A stretch of DNA of 37,145 bases from a virus (lineage: Duplodnaviria; Caudoviricetes): positions 1 to 37,145 of the IMG/VR virus record IMGVR_UViG_3300046786_000034; one strand, 5' to 3'. Under the pieces are notes generated by a model. It saw only the letters and a list, made by a program, of their open reading frames with translations. It did no database searches and was not told the DNA's origin. Both the position numbers and the translations under genes were made by a program. Of the stretch, positions 6,620-15,552 are shown one piece after another. How positions within the stretch are numbered: the stretch's first letter is position 1; each line of letters opens with the position of its first letter.

Positions 6620-8276
6620 GTATCAATCCCGCGCAGTTACCGAGTTGTTTGACTGGTGGACAAAGCACCAAGGCGCGGCTGACATCCCTTTATTGGTGTT
6701 GCCAACTGCCGCAGGCAAATCGGTCATCTGCGCGGAGATTGTGCGCCAAATGTGGGAACAGTGGCCAGACTACCACCCGCGCACTGTGGTGCTGGTTCCA
6801 TCCAAGGAACTGGCCGAGCAGAATGCGGCCAAACTCAGAGCCTTGTTGCCCCACACCATCAGCGTGGGGTTTGTCAGCGCCAGCCTTGGCACAAAGAAGT
6901 ACAACGCCGATGTGATTGTGGCCACCATTGGCAGCATCCACAAAGCCGCGCACTTGCTTGGCAACATCAAGGCCGTGGTGATTGACGAGGCTCACTTAGT
7001 GAGCCAGAAGGCAGGCGATGCAGGCATGTACCGCACCTTTCTGTCCAAGCTGGGCGAGTTGTGCGAATTCAGAACCGTTGGCATGACGGCCACGCCTTTC
7101 AGGGGCAACCAAGTCTGGCTGACCGATGGCGATGATCCGCTATTCACCGGCATTGCAAGCCGTGTGTCCATGCGTGAGTTGCTTGACCAAAAGTTTATTG
7201 CGCCACTGGTTCCACCGACCGAGCGCATTGAGACACGCATTGATGCCAGCCATGTTGGTATCTCCAACGGCGACTACAAAGTTGGCGAACTATCCCGCGA
7301 GGTTGAAAAGTACCTTGCCAAAGTGGCCGTAGAAGCCACCAGAATCGCCTCAGAACGCAAGAAATGGATTGCCTTCACACCGAGTGTCGATAACGCCGAA
7401 AGCCTGTCTGACAGACTTAACGCGCTTGGCATTGTGAGTGCTGTTGTGTGTGGTGAGACACCCAAACAAGAGCGTGAAGACTTGATTCGCCAGTTTAAGG
7501 ATCACCAGATTCATTGCCTGGTCACCGTGCTAGCGCTTTCAGTTGGCTTTGATGTGCCAGATGTGGACTGCATTGTTTGGTGCAGGCCAACCAAGTCGCC
7601 AGTGCTGTATGTGCAAGGCATGGGCAGAGGCACACGCATTGCAGACGGCAAAACGGATTGCTTGGTGCTTGACTTTACCGACACGGTGGAGCGCCTCGGG
7701 CCCGTAGACACCATCCAAGGCAGGGCTAAGAAAAGGTCAGGCACGCAGGAAGCCCCATACAGCATCTGCCCAGATTGCGGCGAACGCAACGCACCAGCTG
7801 CGCTTGTTTGTGTGCATTGTGGCGCCCAGATCAGAGAAGAAGAAGCCAAGCCTATGGACGCCAAGGTGTCGTATGCAGCACTGTTGTCAAGTCAGACAGC
7901 CGTGGCCGAACTGGTTTGGCACGATGTATCAAGGGTTGACTACAAACTACACCGCAAAGAAGGCAAGCCAGACTCGATGCGCGTTGACTACTACTCAGGC
8001 ATCTTGTGTGTGGCCAGCGAATGGGTGTGCTTTAACCACACGGGTTATGCCAGGCAAAAAGCCGAGAGTTGGTGGTGGAAACGTGAACCAGATTACTTTC
8101 CACGAGATGTACAAACTATTTTAAATTGGGTAAAAGATCATCCAATTATTGAACCATCACGCATTGCAACCCGCAAAAACGGAAAATACACAGAGGTCAA
8201 AGATTATGAATTTAATAGAACTCAACGCCATCAAGAATCATTTGAATGGTCAGATAAAGCAGATCAATACAATTGA
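6606..8276 (+). CDS. RadD/YejH-like SF2 helicase with Zn ribbon
   Basis: LREYQ, PTAAGKS, DEAH, GMTAT, GFDVP.VD, YVQGMGRGTR and CPDC-x10-CVHC; GTG 6606 follows GAGGAG. Confidence 0.92.
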   Translation: MKLREYQSRAVTELFDWWTKHQGAADIPLLVLPTAAGKSVICAEIVRQMWEQWPDYHPRTVVLVPSKELAEQNAAKLRALLPHTISVGFVSASLGTKKYNADVIVATIGSIHKAAHLLGNIKAVVIDEAHLVSQKAGDAGMYRTFLSKLGELCEFRTVGMTATPFRGNQVWLTDGDDPLFTGIASRVSMRELLDQKFIAPLVPPTERIETRIDASHVGISNGDYKVGELSREVEKYLAKVAVEATRIASERKKWIAFTPSVDNAESLSDRLNALGIVSAVVCGETPKQEREDLIRQFKDHQIHCLVTVLALSVGFDVPDVDCIVWCRPTKSPVLYVQGMGRGTRIADGKTDCLVLDFTDTVERLGPVDTIQGRAKKRSGTQEAPYSICPDCGERNAPAALVCVHCGAQIREEEAKPMDAKVSYAALLSSQTAVAELVWHDVSRVDYKLHRKEGKPDSMRVDYYSGILCVASEWVCFNHTGYARQKAESWWWKREPDYFPRDVQTILNWVKDHPIIEPSRIATRKNGKYTEVKDYEFNRTQRHQESFEWSDKADQYN

Positions 8277-8406
8277 AGTTAATTGCTTACATTGCAACAA
8301 CTTTAAAACTGGCATGTGCGAGCAGTTTGGTGCAAAGCCACCAACAGAATGGATTCACGGCACGGTTGAGTGCGAACATTGGGAATGGGATCAGATCCCT
8401 TTTTAA
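8206..8406 (+). CDS. 66-aa Cys-rich protein ending DQIPF
   Basis: ATG 8206 after GAGG; CLHC-x7-C...C; C-terminus WEWDQIPF. Confidence 0.75.
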   Translation: MNLIELNAIKNHLNGQIKQINTIEVNCLHCNNFKTGMCEQFGAKPPTEWIHGTVECEHWEWDQIPF

Positions 8407-8417
8407 GGAGCAACATA

Positions 8418-8588
8418 ATGACATTACCCCCACACTCTAAAATCAGTTATCCATCCATCCCTTTAAAAGACCGCACGTTTAACTACCAACGCGGCTCAGA
8501 TGTGCAGGCGCTCTGGCGCAAACACGGCTGGACACCACCGTCCGAGAGCATGACGCCCCCACCGCCCGAGAAGGCGTATGTTGCATAA
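8418..8588 (+). CDS. 56-aa hypothetical protein
   Basis: TAAGGAG RBS before ATG 8418; DVQALWRKHGWTPPSE. Confidence 0.75.
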   Translation: MTLPPHSKISYPSIPLKDRTFNYQRGSDVQALWRKHGWTPPSESMTPPPPEKAYVA

Positions 8589-8733
8589 ATTTAAACTCTG
8601 CGACAAATGTCAACAAGAAAAACCGCCCGAGGGCGGTGTTGACATCAAACAAAAATGGCACTGCCAAAGGTGCTGGATTAACCGAACAACCAATAGACAT
8701 TTAAAACAAAATGCCACGCCCAAAACCGCTTGA
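8578..8733 (+). CDS. 51-aa Zn-ribbon protein
   Basis: Hand translation MLHKFKLCDKCQQEKPPEGGVDIKQKWHCQRCWINRTTNRHLKQNATPKTA (two CxxC pairs). Confidence 0.72.
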   Translation: MLHKFKLCDKCQQEKPPEGGVDIKQKWHCQRCWINRTTNRHLKQNATPKTA

Positions 8734-8902
8734 AGAACTAAAGCCTCGCTGGATGCGACTAAGCGATCGCCAAGTGATGATTTTTCAAGAACTTGGTGGA
8801 ATTGATTGGCTGCGCAAGCACTTGGACAAGAGCGCCAAGATGCCAGCCAAGTATTACCGCCGCGAAATGGACGCGCCGTCAAAAAGGGAAGTTAATGACT
8901 AA
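8711..8902 (+). CDS. Small DNA-binding protein, ribbon-helix-helix-like
   Basis: MPRPKP...WMRLSDRQ...LGGIDWLRKHLD pattern. Confidence 0.6.
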   Translation: MPRPKPLEELKPRWMRLSDRQVMIFQELGGIDWLRKHLDKSAKMPAKYYRREMDAPSKREVND

Positions 8903-9062
8903 TCAACCAGACTTTGCAACTTGGAGCCAAGCCAACTTGGCCAAGTTTGCGCAAGAATCCTACGCCAGACTGTGCCAACAGGATGACGTTATTCAGCAGC
9001 TTCAATGCGATCTGAAGACCGCCATTAAAGCGTATGAAGAGTTACTTAGCCGCGACGCCTGA
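8895..9062 (+). CDS. 55-aa coiled-coil hypothetical protein
   Basis: ATG 8895 overlaps the previous stop; last gene of the rightward arm. Confidence 0.65.
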   Translation: MTNQPDFATWSQANLAKFAQESYARLCQQDDVIQQLQCDLKTAIKAYEELLSRDA

Positions 9063-9461
9063 CTTCTTTTCATACGAGCGCATCGCGCCAAGACCAAGCA
9101 TTCCCAGCATGACTTGCATCGTTAGATCAGAGTCAATCGTTGGGAATGCGCCGTCGTACATGAACACAGTCATGGCCACAAAACGGCACACAGGCTCAAT
9201 CAGCGTGGAATAGATAAACGCAACGCCGCAGCCCCATCCAATAAATGGACGCCAGCCAGAGACAAAGAAATTAGCACTCTTGGCTTCTTCTTTGTTAACT
9301 TCAATCTGCGCCATGTCACCGGCCATGTCCAGCTTCTTTTCTTCAAGATCGAGTTTGCGCTGCTCAATCTCCATTTCCATCTTTTCTTTGTCGGTGGTGA
9401 TCAGGTCGCCTGCGACCTTGCCCACAGCTTCAATGATGGATCCAACGCCAAGCAAACTCAT
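9042..9461 (-). CDS. Holin of the 3-TM (GTA-holin-like) family
   Basis: FFVSGWRPFIGW and LGMLGLGAMRSYEK signature; adjacent to the endolysin. Confidence 0.82.
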   Translation of the reverse strand: MSLLGVGSIIEAVGKVAGDLITTDKEKMEMEIEQRKLDLEEKKLDMAGDMAQIEVNKEEAKSANFFVSGWRPFIGWGCGVAFIYSTLIEPVCRFVAMTVFMYDGAFPTIDSDLTMQVMLGMLGLGAMRSYEKKSGVAAK

Positions 9462-9973
9462 GCTAGACCTTTCAGTGTGCGGTTAATCCAGCCCAATAAA
9501 AATTTAGACTGAACTTTGTTTTTGTTGCATATTTCAGCGTATCTAGCAATCTTGGCCAAGGCATAAGATTCTTTGAACCGCTGGCCGTCTGGCACAGCGT
9601 TAAGTTTTTCTATGGTCTTAACGCCAATACCGCCATCTGGTGTAGCGCCTACAACCAACTGTGCCAACTTAACCGCCATGCCCATGCCAGCGTTGACGCC
9701 AAAATTAAAAATGGTGTTGGCCACATCTTGATTGGATATTTCGTTGCCGCGCATCTTGTCCCAGAACTCAGTGCGGTAGAACTCACGCACCATACCAGTA
9801 AGTGAGCCACCAAATTCTTTCTTGTCAACCAGTGGCCAGCCAGTCCACTGCGGGTTCTTGTTGCGTGCGATGCCTGCGTAGGTCATGCCGCCAGTGTCGC
9901 CTGGCACTTCGTGAAGGACATAGCCGCCTTCGTCTTTGATCATCTGCTCGAATGCGGGTTCAAACTGCGCCAT
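9458..9973 (-). CDS. Endolysin, glycoside hydrolase family 108
   Basis: EGGY...DTGGMTYAGI catalytic motif, FNFGVNAG, DGGIG.KT and FLLGWINR. Confidence 0.9.
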   Translation of the reverse strand: MAQFEPAFEQMIKDEGGYVLHEVPGDTGGMTYAGIARNKNPQWTGWPLVDKKEFGGSLTGMVREFYRTEFWDKMRGNEISNQDVANTIFNFGVNAGMGMAVKLAQLVVGATPDGGIGVKTIEKLNAVPDGQRFKESYALAKIARYAEICNKNKVQSKFLLGWINRTLKGLA

Positions 9974-9974
9974 G

Positions 9975-10229
9975 TCAATCTTTCTTGCAAGGTGGTGTCG
10001 ACTTCTTTTCGTCTTCTTGGTTCATTTTAATACCAGACAAGAACCCGATCATGCCGCCAATCAGCGTGGAAAAAGCGGGGCTGATCATCTTAAAAATTTC
10101 AGCGTTGTCTACTTCTTTGGCCCACAGACCAAGCATGAAAGCGATGACCATGGCCAACACGGAAATGCACAGCGTTGTGCTGACCATGAACGTAACCCAA
10201 AACGTCAATCTTTCTTTGGTGTTTTCCAT
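9975..10229 (-). CDS. 2-TM membrane protein (holin/antiholin candidate)
   Basis: Two hydrophobic segments and a charged C-terminus; lies in the lysis cluster. Confidence 0.7.
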   Translation of the reverse strand: MENTKERLTFWVTFMVSTTLCISVLAMVIAFMLGLWAKEVDNAEIFKMISPAFSTLIGGMIGFLSGIKMNQEDEKKSTPPCKKD

Positions 10230-10238
10230 TCCTCACCC

Positions 10239-10478
10239 CTATACAAATATCTGAAATCGCCTGCGGTTCTCAAACGATCCTAACTCAATCGTGTTCTGTC
10301 GTCCACGCTTGTTGTACAACTCGACTTCCATCTCAGCCGTTTTTTGTTCTAGTTTGTTGGCGGCGATTGCGTAATGGTGTTCTTCTTGAACTTTCTCAAC
10401 AGCCTTTTCAAACGCGATTGATTTGGCGTCGTAAGGCGTAGGGTGAACCATCGGGTACCATTTGTCAAAGGTGATCAT
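10239..10478 (-). CDS. Hypothetical protein
   Basis: 79 aa, ATGA-coupled to the upstream gene. Confidence 0.65.
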   Translation of the reverse strand: MITFDKWYPMVHPTPYDAKSIAFEKAVEKVQEEHHYAIAANKLEQKTAEMEVELYNKRGRQNTIELGSFENRRRFQIFV

Positions 10479-10753
10479 TTTCTTTGCATCGCCAGTTCAT
10501 AGTAATACAAGACCTTTACCCTTAGTTCTGCGCTATCCGCAGTCCCTGCCCACAAAGCCAAGTTGTTCCAGATTGTCACCAATTGCTCTGGCGTACAGTT
10601 CTCGCCGTTGGTGGTTAGCCACTGCGAGAGCCGCTGGTGGCGCTCACTTGGGTTTCCTATCCAGCTTAGACCATAGAAGTCGGAGACGATGCAAGGCGGC
10701 TTGGCTATAGCCCCTGGCAGTAGCAACAGCAGAGGAAATACCAGCCAACGCAT
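10475..10753 (-). CDS. Secreted protein with signal peptide
   Basis: MRWLVFPLLLLLPGAIA signal-like N-terminus; two Cys residues. Confidence 0.65.
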   Translation of the reverse strand: MRWLVFPLLLLLPGAIAKPPCIVSDFYGLSWIGNPSERHQRLSQWLTTNGENCTPEQLVTIWNNLALWAGTADSAELRVKVLYYYELAMQRK

Positions 10754-10975
10754 TCATTTATCGACCTTGTTGTCTAGTCTGTCAAAGATTTTGCCAAGCA
10801 TGTCTTTAACATCGCGTAAATCAGCGCGGTAATCATCGCGGGTAACATAGTTCAAAGGCATACCACGCACATCGCCATCAAGCCGGTCAATCGCTTGATA
10901 GATGCGGTTTAATGTCCAACCACCAAAAAAGCCAGCAACGGCCACGGCGATGTTAAATAAAACTTGGTAGTCCAT
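10754..10975 (-). CDS. Single-TM plus coiled-coil protein (lysis-associated)
   Basis: N-terminal TM followed by YVTRDDY...IFDRLDNKVDK. Confidence 0.72.
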   Translation of the reverse strand: MDYQVLFNIAVAVAGFFGGWTLNRIYQAIDRLDGDVRGMPLNYVTRDDYRADLRDVKDMLGKIFDRLDNKVDK

Positions 10976-12849
10976 TATGGGCGTCCAGAGGCCATGTTGT
11001 TAAGTTGCACTTTATATGGAGCCAACTGGTTTGGTTGTTGCAATGATTCTTGAAGTTGCTTTTTGTATTGACGCTCTCGGGCAAATTCGGCAGCCGTTTG
11101 TGCGCCAGGAATCTTGACAGGCAATTTTTGCAAGGCTTCAAGACCACGCAATACAGCGCCAGCCGTGTTGGGGTAGTTCACCGCGCCTGGCTCTTTTACC
11201 ATCACATCGCTAATTGCCTTCTTTAAATCAAGCAATGTATCTCGACCAGTTTTGCCAAACATGTAAGCAAGTTTGTCTTCTCGATCAAGTTGAGTCACAA
11301 AATTGTTGAAGTTATTCAAACGAATGTTGTCTGTTTCATCGCCTTGTTTGAGCAACAAATCTTTCATTCGTTGCAAGGTATAACCTTGCAATTCTTTGTA
11401 GGCCTGCTGACCTTGTTCTGTTTTCTTTAGCAATGATGTAACGGTTCTCATCTCTTCTAATGAGCCGTCAAGCACAATGTGGTTGTACACATCATCAAGA
11501 GCCACTTTACGATCTGCTTTGCCAGCTTTGGTGCTTAACAACTGATCAACTCTTTGAACATCTTCAAATTGTTTGGCCAACTGTTTGCGTTCTGTTCTGG
11601 CCGCACGGTACAAATCACCGCCAGCGCCTTCAGTCATGTCATTGATAACGCCCTTGACTTGACCCATAAATCTTGCAGCAGATGGATTGCCTTCAGCCAA
11701 ATTGCCAGCAACTTTATAAATGTTTTCTAGGTCGTCAATCGTTACTTGATTGCCAGTTGCTTTTTTAAGTGCGTCAAGTCTTGCACCAATACTTTGAATT
11801 TGCGGCACAGAAATGGCTTCTGGCGCGTTATCGGTCAGCCATTGTTCCAATTTACTGGTGTCAACAACTTGTTTTGTTTCGCCAGAATTTCTGGCAGCGT
11901 CATACGCTTCATTAACTTTTTTCAGTTTATCTTGATATTGCTTAACCAAGGCTTTGTCAACAACAGTGCCAACAGCACGAGGTGTGCTGCGATCAATTGT
12001 GCCGCCAACTTCTTCTGTCATGCGTTCAAACTGGTTAAGAATGTCTTGCTTTTGGCCAGTTTTAAATGCTCCGTATTGTCTGCCCAATTCAGCTTTAACA
12101 TCTTCAGAAACGCCAGGCAATGCGCCTCTTTGAACATCTGACTCAAACTGTTGTTTTTGCAAGTTCTTTTCACGCTCACCAGCTGTTGAACGAATATTAA
12201 ACTTATTCAAACGCTCTTGACGCAACAAATCTTCAGCCGTACTAGCCGCACCCATGCCAACCATGCCAGGCTGTTGGTCGCGTGTCATCATGCCAGCCAA
12301 GGCATTTTGAACTGGCGCTGTCGCTTGTCTTACAACAGGCCGTGCAAGTGCGTTGGCTTGCGTAACAGCGGCAGGCACTAACGCATTAAGAGTCGCACCA
12401 GTTGCGCCAAGTGTTGGCGGCAAAACATTACTGAGTGGTTGCAAGAACTCACCAATAGCACCCAAGGCTTCTCTGGCTGTCTGTGTGCGTGGCTGATACA
12501 TGACGGCTTTTGCAGCTTCTTGGCCAGCGCGAATGCCTTCTTGTGTGCCGTATTTACCACTGGTCAAAGTGCCAATAGCGCCAACAACTGGCGCAATTAC
12601 ACCACCGGCCAAAGTAGCGCCAAGTGCAAATGGGGTTTCAATTGTGCCCATGATGCGGTCACGCATAGACACTTCTGGTTTTGGCGCAGGCGCAACACCA
12701 AACTTGACGCGAATGGCTTGTTGAGTTTCTGGATTAGCGCCAGTAAAGTTTTTGTCTAATGCAGAAAACTTGTCAAAAATGGCCGCTTTAGTCGCTTCAT
12801 TTGCGTTGACATAATTCGGATCATTCAAAATTGACGATAGATCAGCCAT
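10975..12849 (-). CDS. DNA ejection/internal virion protein (large)
   Basis: 624 aa, helical and Ala/Gln-rich with a Gly-rich hydrophobic segment; third gene at the P22 gp7-gp20-gp16 position. Confidence 0.65.
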   Translation of the reverse strand: MADLSSILNDPNYVNANEATKAAIFDKFSALDKNFTGANPETQQAIRVKFGVAPAPKPEVSMRDRIMGTIETPFALGATLAGGVIAPVVGAIGTLTSGKYGTQEGIRAGQEAAKAVMYQPRTQTAREALGAIGEFLQPLSNVLPPTLGATGATLNALVPAAVTQANALARPVVRQATAPVQNALAGMMTRDQQPGMVGMGAASTAEDLLRQERLNKFNIRSTAGEREKNLQKQQFESDVQRGALPGVSEDVKAELGRQYGAFKTGQKQDILNQFERMTEEVGGTIDRSTPRAVGTVVDKALVKQYQDKLKKVNEAYDAARNSGETKQVVDTSKLEQWLTDNAPEAISVPQIQSIGARLDALKKATGNQVTIDDLENIYKVAGNLAEGNPSAARFMGQVKGVINDMTEGAGGDLYRAARTERKQLAKQFEDVQRVDQLLSTKAGKADRKVALDDVYNHIVLDGSLEEMRTVTSLLKKTEQGQQAYKELQGYTLQRMKDLLLKQGDETDNIRLNNFNNFVTQLDREDKLAYMFGKTGRDTLLDLKKAISDVMVKEPGAVNYPNTAGAVLRGLEALQKLPVKIPGAQTAAEFARERQYKKQLQESLQQPNQLAPYKVQLNNMASGRP

Positions 12850-12859
12850 GTTTGTCCTC

Positions 12860-14230
12860 TTATTTCAACAAAGGATTGGACAAGTCTACACCACCGCCAG
12901 CACTTGGTTGAAGTTGTTGAATGCTTTTTGCGCCTGGGCCAGCTTGCGTCTCAATTGCTTTAATTGCCAGTTTTCTAGCATTTTCTTTTTGCTTGATAAC
13001 CGCAGGGCTGTCATTAACTTGAGGAAAGTATTTTTTGTCTTCTCTGTCAAATTCAGAGTCTGAGATAACAGCGCCAGACTCTTTACGCAAAACAGCAGTA
13101 ATGAAGTTTGATTTGGCTTGGTTAACTTGTTGTTGTGCTTCGCTAGTACCACCAAGAACACTAGGCAATACTTTGCCTAATGACTCGCCTACAAGTGGAA
13201 CGCCTTCAATTAAGGCGCCTTTCAAAACGCCTTTTTTGGACAAATCATCCAAAATAGCATTGGCTTCTTTCATTCTCATGCCATAAGCCGTTGCGTTGCT
13301 TTGGCTTTCTGTCATTGGAGTGCCTTTGCCACGCAAAGGTGTGCCAGTAGCAGGCATACGCTCGCTTGGCATACCAGCGCCTGCAACTGGCGCAGCAGCT
13401 GCGGGAGCCGCACCGCCAACCGTAACAGGGAACGCTTCTAGCGTGCGCTTGTTGACGCCAACAATTGAGCCGTCTTCAGCTTCTTTGAGTTCAAAGCCAG
13501 GATTGGCTTTTTCCCATGCAAACTTCTGTTGATCAAATGCCAAACGAGCCGCAGCATTTATGTCAGCAAATGTTCTTGTTTTTGCAAATTCACTGCCTGG
13601 CACAACCGTAGCCGCGCCACCTAATCCTGGTCTTTCTAGGATACGGCCACCAGCGCCTGTATCTTGGGCAAATGTGACTGGTTTGTTTTGCTCGACAAAC
13701 TTAGTCATGCCAAGCGCAGTTTGCTTTTTCCAGTTTTCAAAACCAGCGGGGTCTTGAGGAATAGAACCTAGCACTTTCATTAAAGGCATGCGACTAATAG
13801 GCGTACCAGCCATGTCAGGATCGGTAGCCTGCAATTTCATAAACTCAATTGCTTCAGCAGGGTTATTGATATTGGCCACGGCATCGCGGTACATAGAAGT
13901 TTTATCAATTGCCAACTTTGCTTTACGCGCTGATTCTTCTGTACGCGCTTTGTCTAACTCGGTCAAACCTTTGGCAAACTCACGGCCAGTTTTACCAAAT
14001 TTAGACATCAAAGCGTTGCGTGTTTCCGTTGCTGTCAAGTCGGCGCCAGACAAATAGTTGCGCAAACCTTCTTCTTCCGTGCGAGCGCGTTCATACTCAG
14101 CCATTTGCATCTGACCAAGTCGATTAGCTTGTTGCACACCTTGGATCTGCGCCAACTGGCCGTACTGCGCCAACGGATTGGCCACTTCTATAGGGCGTAC
14201 ACCTAGCGCGATGTTTGTGTTAAGGGCCAT
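12860..14230 (-). CDS. DNA ejection/internal virion protein
   Basis: 456 aa, Gln/Ala-rich N-terminus, LRKESGAVIS.SE...YFPQ motif; position in the module. Confidence 0.65.
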   Translation of the reverse strand: MALNTNIALGVRPIEVANPLAQYGQLAQIQGVQQANRLGQMQMAEYERARTEEEGLRNYLSGADLTATETRNALMSKFGKTGREFAKGLTELDKARTEESARKAKLAIDKTSMYRDAVANINNPAEAIEFMKLQATDPDMAGTPISRMPLMKVLGSIPQDPAGFENWKKQTALGMTKFVEQNKPVTFAQDTGAGGRILERPGLGGAATVVPGSEFAKTRTFADINAAARLAFDQQKFAWEKANPGFELKEAEDGSIVGVNKRTLEAFPVTVGGAAPAAAAPVAGAGMPSERMPATGTPLRGKGTPMTESQSNATAYGMRMKEANAILDDLSKKGVLKGALIEGVPLVGESLGKVLPSVLGGTSEAQQQVNQAKSNFITAVLRKESGAVISDSEFDREDKKYFPQVNDSPAVIKQKENARKLAIKAIETQAGPGAKSIQQLQPSAGGGVDLSNPLLK

Positions 14231-14232
14231 GA

Positions 14233-14874
14233 TTAGTAACCTCCACCAGGCTGCATGGGCACTGTTGTGTTCATATTACTTGGTATCCCCGTTTGCGGGC
14301 GCAAAGCGTTTAACAAATTTTGGCTTTGAGTGTAGTTCAGGTATTGGTTCAAACCACCAGTCAGCGCGTTAGCGCCGCCAACATATCCAGAAGCGCGTGC
14401 GTTGGCTGCGCCCATGTAGTTCTGGCCTGCGTTGACACCAAAGTTGCCTGCGGCGTTGCCCATCGCACCAGTTGCTGTTTGGCCAATACCAGCCATAGCC
14501 GCAAGGCGGTTGTAAGCGTTGCCAAACTCTTGGGATGCGTAATCTTGGCCGTAGCGCTGTGCGGCCTTTAAAGCGCCACCAGAGATCAAACCACCACGAG
14601 CAGCAGCTTGGCGCTCTAGGGCTTTCATGCCTTCGCCCAAACGAAATTGGTAAGACGGATCCATGTAGTCCGACACCACGCCTTTTTGCATCTTAGCCAG
14701 CGCGTTGACGCCCGCTTCTTGGAATGGCCGTTGAAGTTCGAGTTGCTTTTCGAACATCTCGCGCTGAAGTTGCGTGGCTTGGTCAGCCGAAGCCGCCTGA
14801 GTCTTTGCAGCGCTCTTAGCCGCGCTTGCGCCAAGTAAGGCGCTTCCACCAATTGCTAGGGCCATCCATGGCAT
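14233..14874 (-). CDS. DNA ejection protein, P22 gp7-like
   Basis: ATG 14874 after AGGAG; hydrophobic Gly/Ala N-terminus, P.YQFRL.EG, AAARGGLISG.ALKA. Confidence 0.78.
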   Translation of the reverse strand: MPWMALAIGGSALLGASAAKSAAKTQAASADQATQLQREMFEKQLELQRPFQEAGVNALAKMQKGVVSDYMDPSYQFRLGEGMKALERQAAARGGLISGGALKAAQRYGQDYASQEFGNAYNRLAAMAGIGQTATGAMGNAAGNFGVNAGQNYMGAANARASGYVGGANALTGGLNQYLNYTQSQNLLNALRPQTGIPSNMNTTVPMQPGGGY

Positions 14875-14875
14875 A

Positions 14876-15217
14876 TCAGTTCTCCTGTAGGCATTGCGCC
14901 AATTTATGCGCTTGGTCGTTATCGCCAGGCGCAATCAAAACTTCATCAATCTCATCGGTATCGGTGCAGTCTGTGGCGTGAATGCAATACCACACAACGT
15001 CTGTGAGCGATTTTACGCCATGATGCTTGTCTGCTTCAATAGTCAAACAAGCTGGCGCGTGAACAATTCTTTTCTCGCCATCAACCATCAACTCAACTGA
15101 ACCACTTGCCAGAATAGACAAGTGGTCAAACTTGTGCTTGTGCTGCACCAAAATCTGACCCGCAGGGATCAGCGTCTCTTTGGCGTAGACACCAGCACTG
15201 AAGTGGTGGTTGATCAT
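14876..15217 (-). CDS. Cupin-fold protein
   Basis: HHFSAGVYAKE, HKHKFDH, ...KHHGV...WYCIHAT. Confidence 0.75.
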   Translation of the reverse strand: MINHHFSAGVYAKETLIPAGQILVQHKHKFDHLSILASGSVELMVDGEKRIVHAPACLTIEADKHHGVKSLTDVVWYCIHATDCTDTDEIDEVLIAPGDNDQAHKLAQCLQEN

Positions 15218-15549
15218 GTGATCTCGCGTCCACTCATGCGAAAGTTAATGCCTGTGGCGTTGCTAGCAATCACTGAAACAAAATCACCGGCGTTCAAAAT
15301 CTGACCAACAACTTCTGGCCAGATGTAAGTCTCTTTGGCCGCCAAGGTACGCTTGGCGATGTAGTAGGCGTCGCCCACTGAGCCGCCAGACGCCACAATG
15401 CTGATCGTCACAACACGCGACACGGTGTCGTAATTGGCCGTGGTGACTTTGTCAAGAATGGTCGTGGTGTTGGCTGGCGCGGTGTAGACGGTTGTGTCTG
15501 TTGCCGGAACAATCGTGCCTTCAACTAAGGTTTTTGCTGTTACTGTCAT
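15214..15549 (-). CDS. Small beta-rich virion protein
   Basis: TVYTAPANTTTI...ILNAGDFV...SGREIT; located among tail genes. Confidence 0.6.
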   Translation of the reverse strand: MTVTAKTLVEGTIVPATDTTVYTAPANTTTILDKVTTANYDTVSRVVTISIVASGGSVGDAYYIAKRTLAAKETYIWPEVVGQILNAGDFVSVIASNATGINFRMSGREIT

Positions 15550-15552
15550 TTT

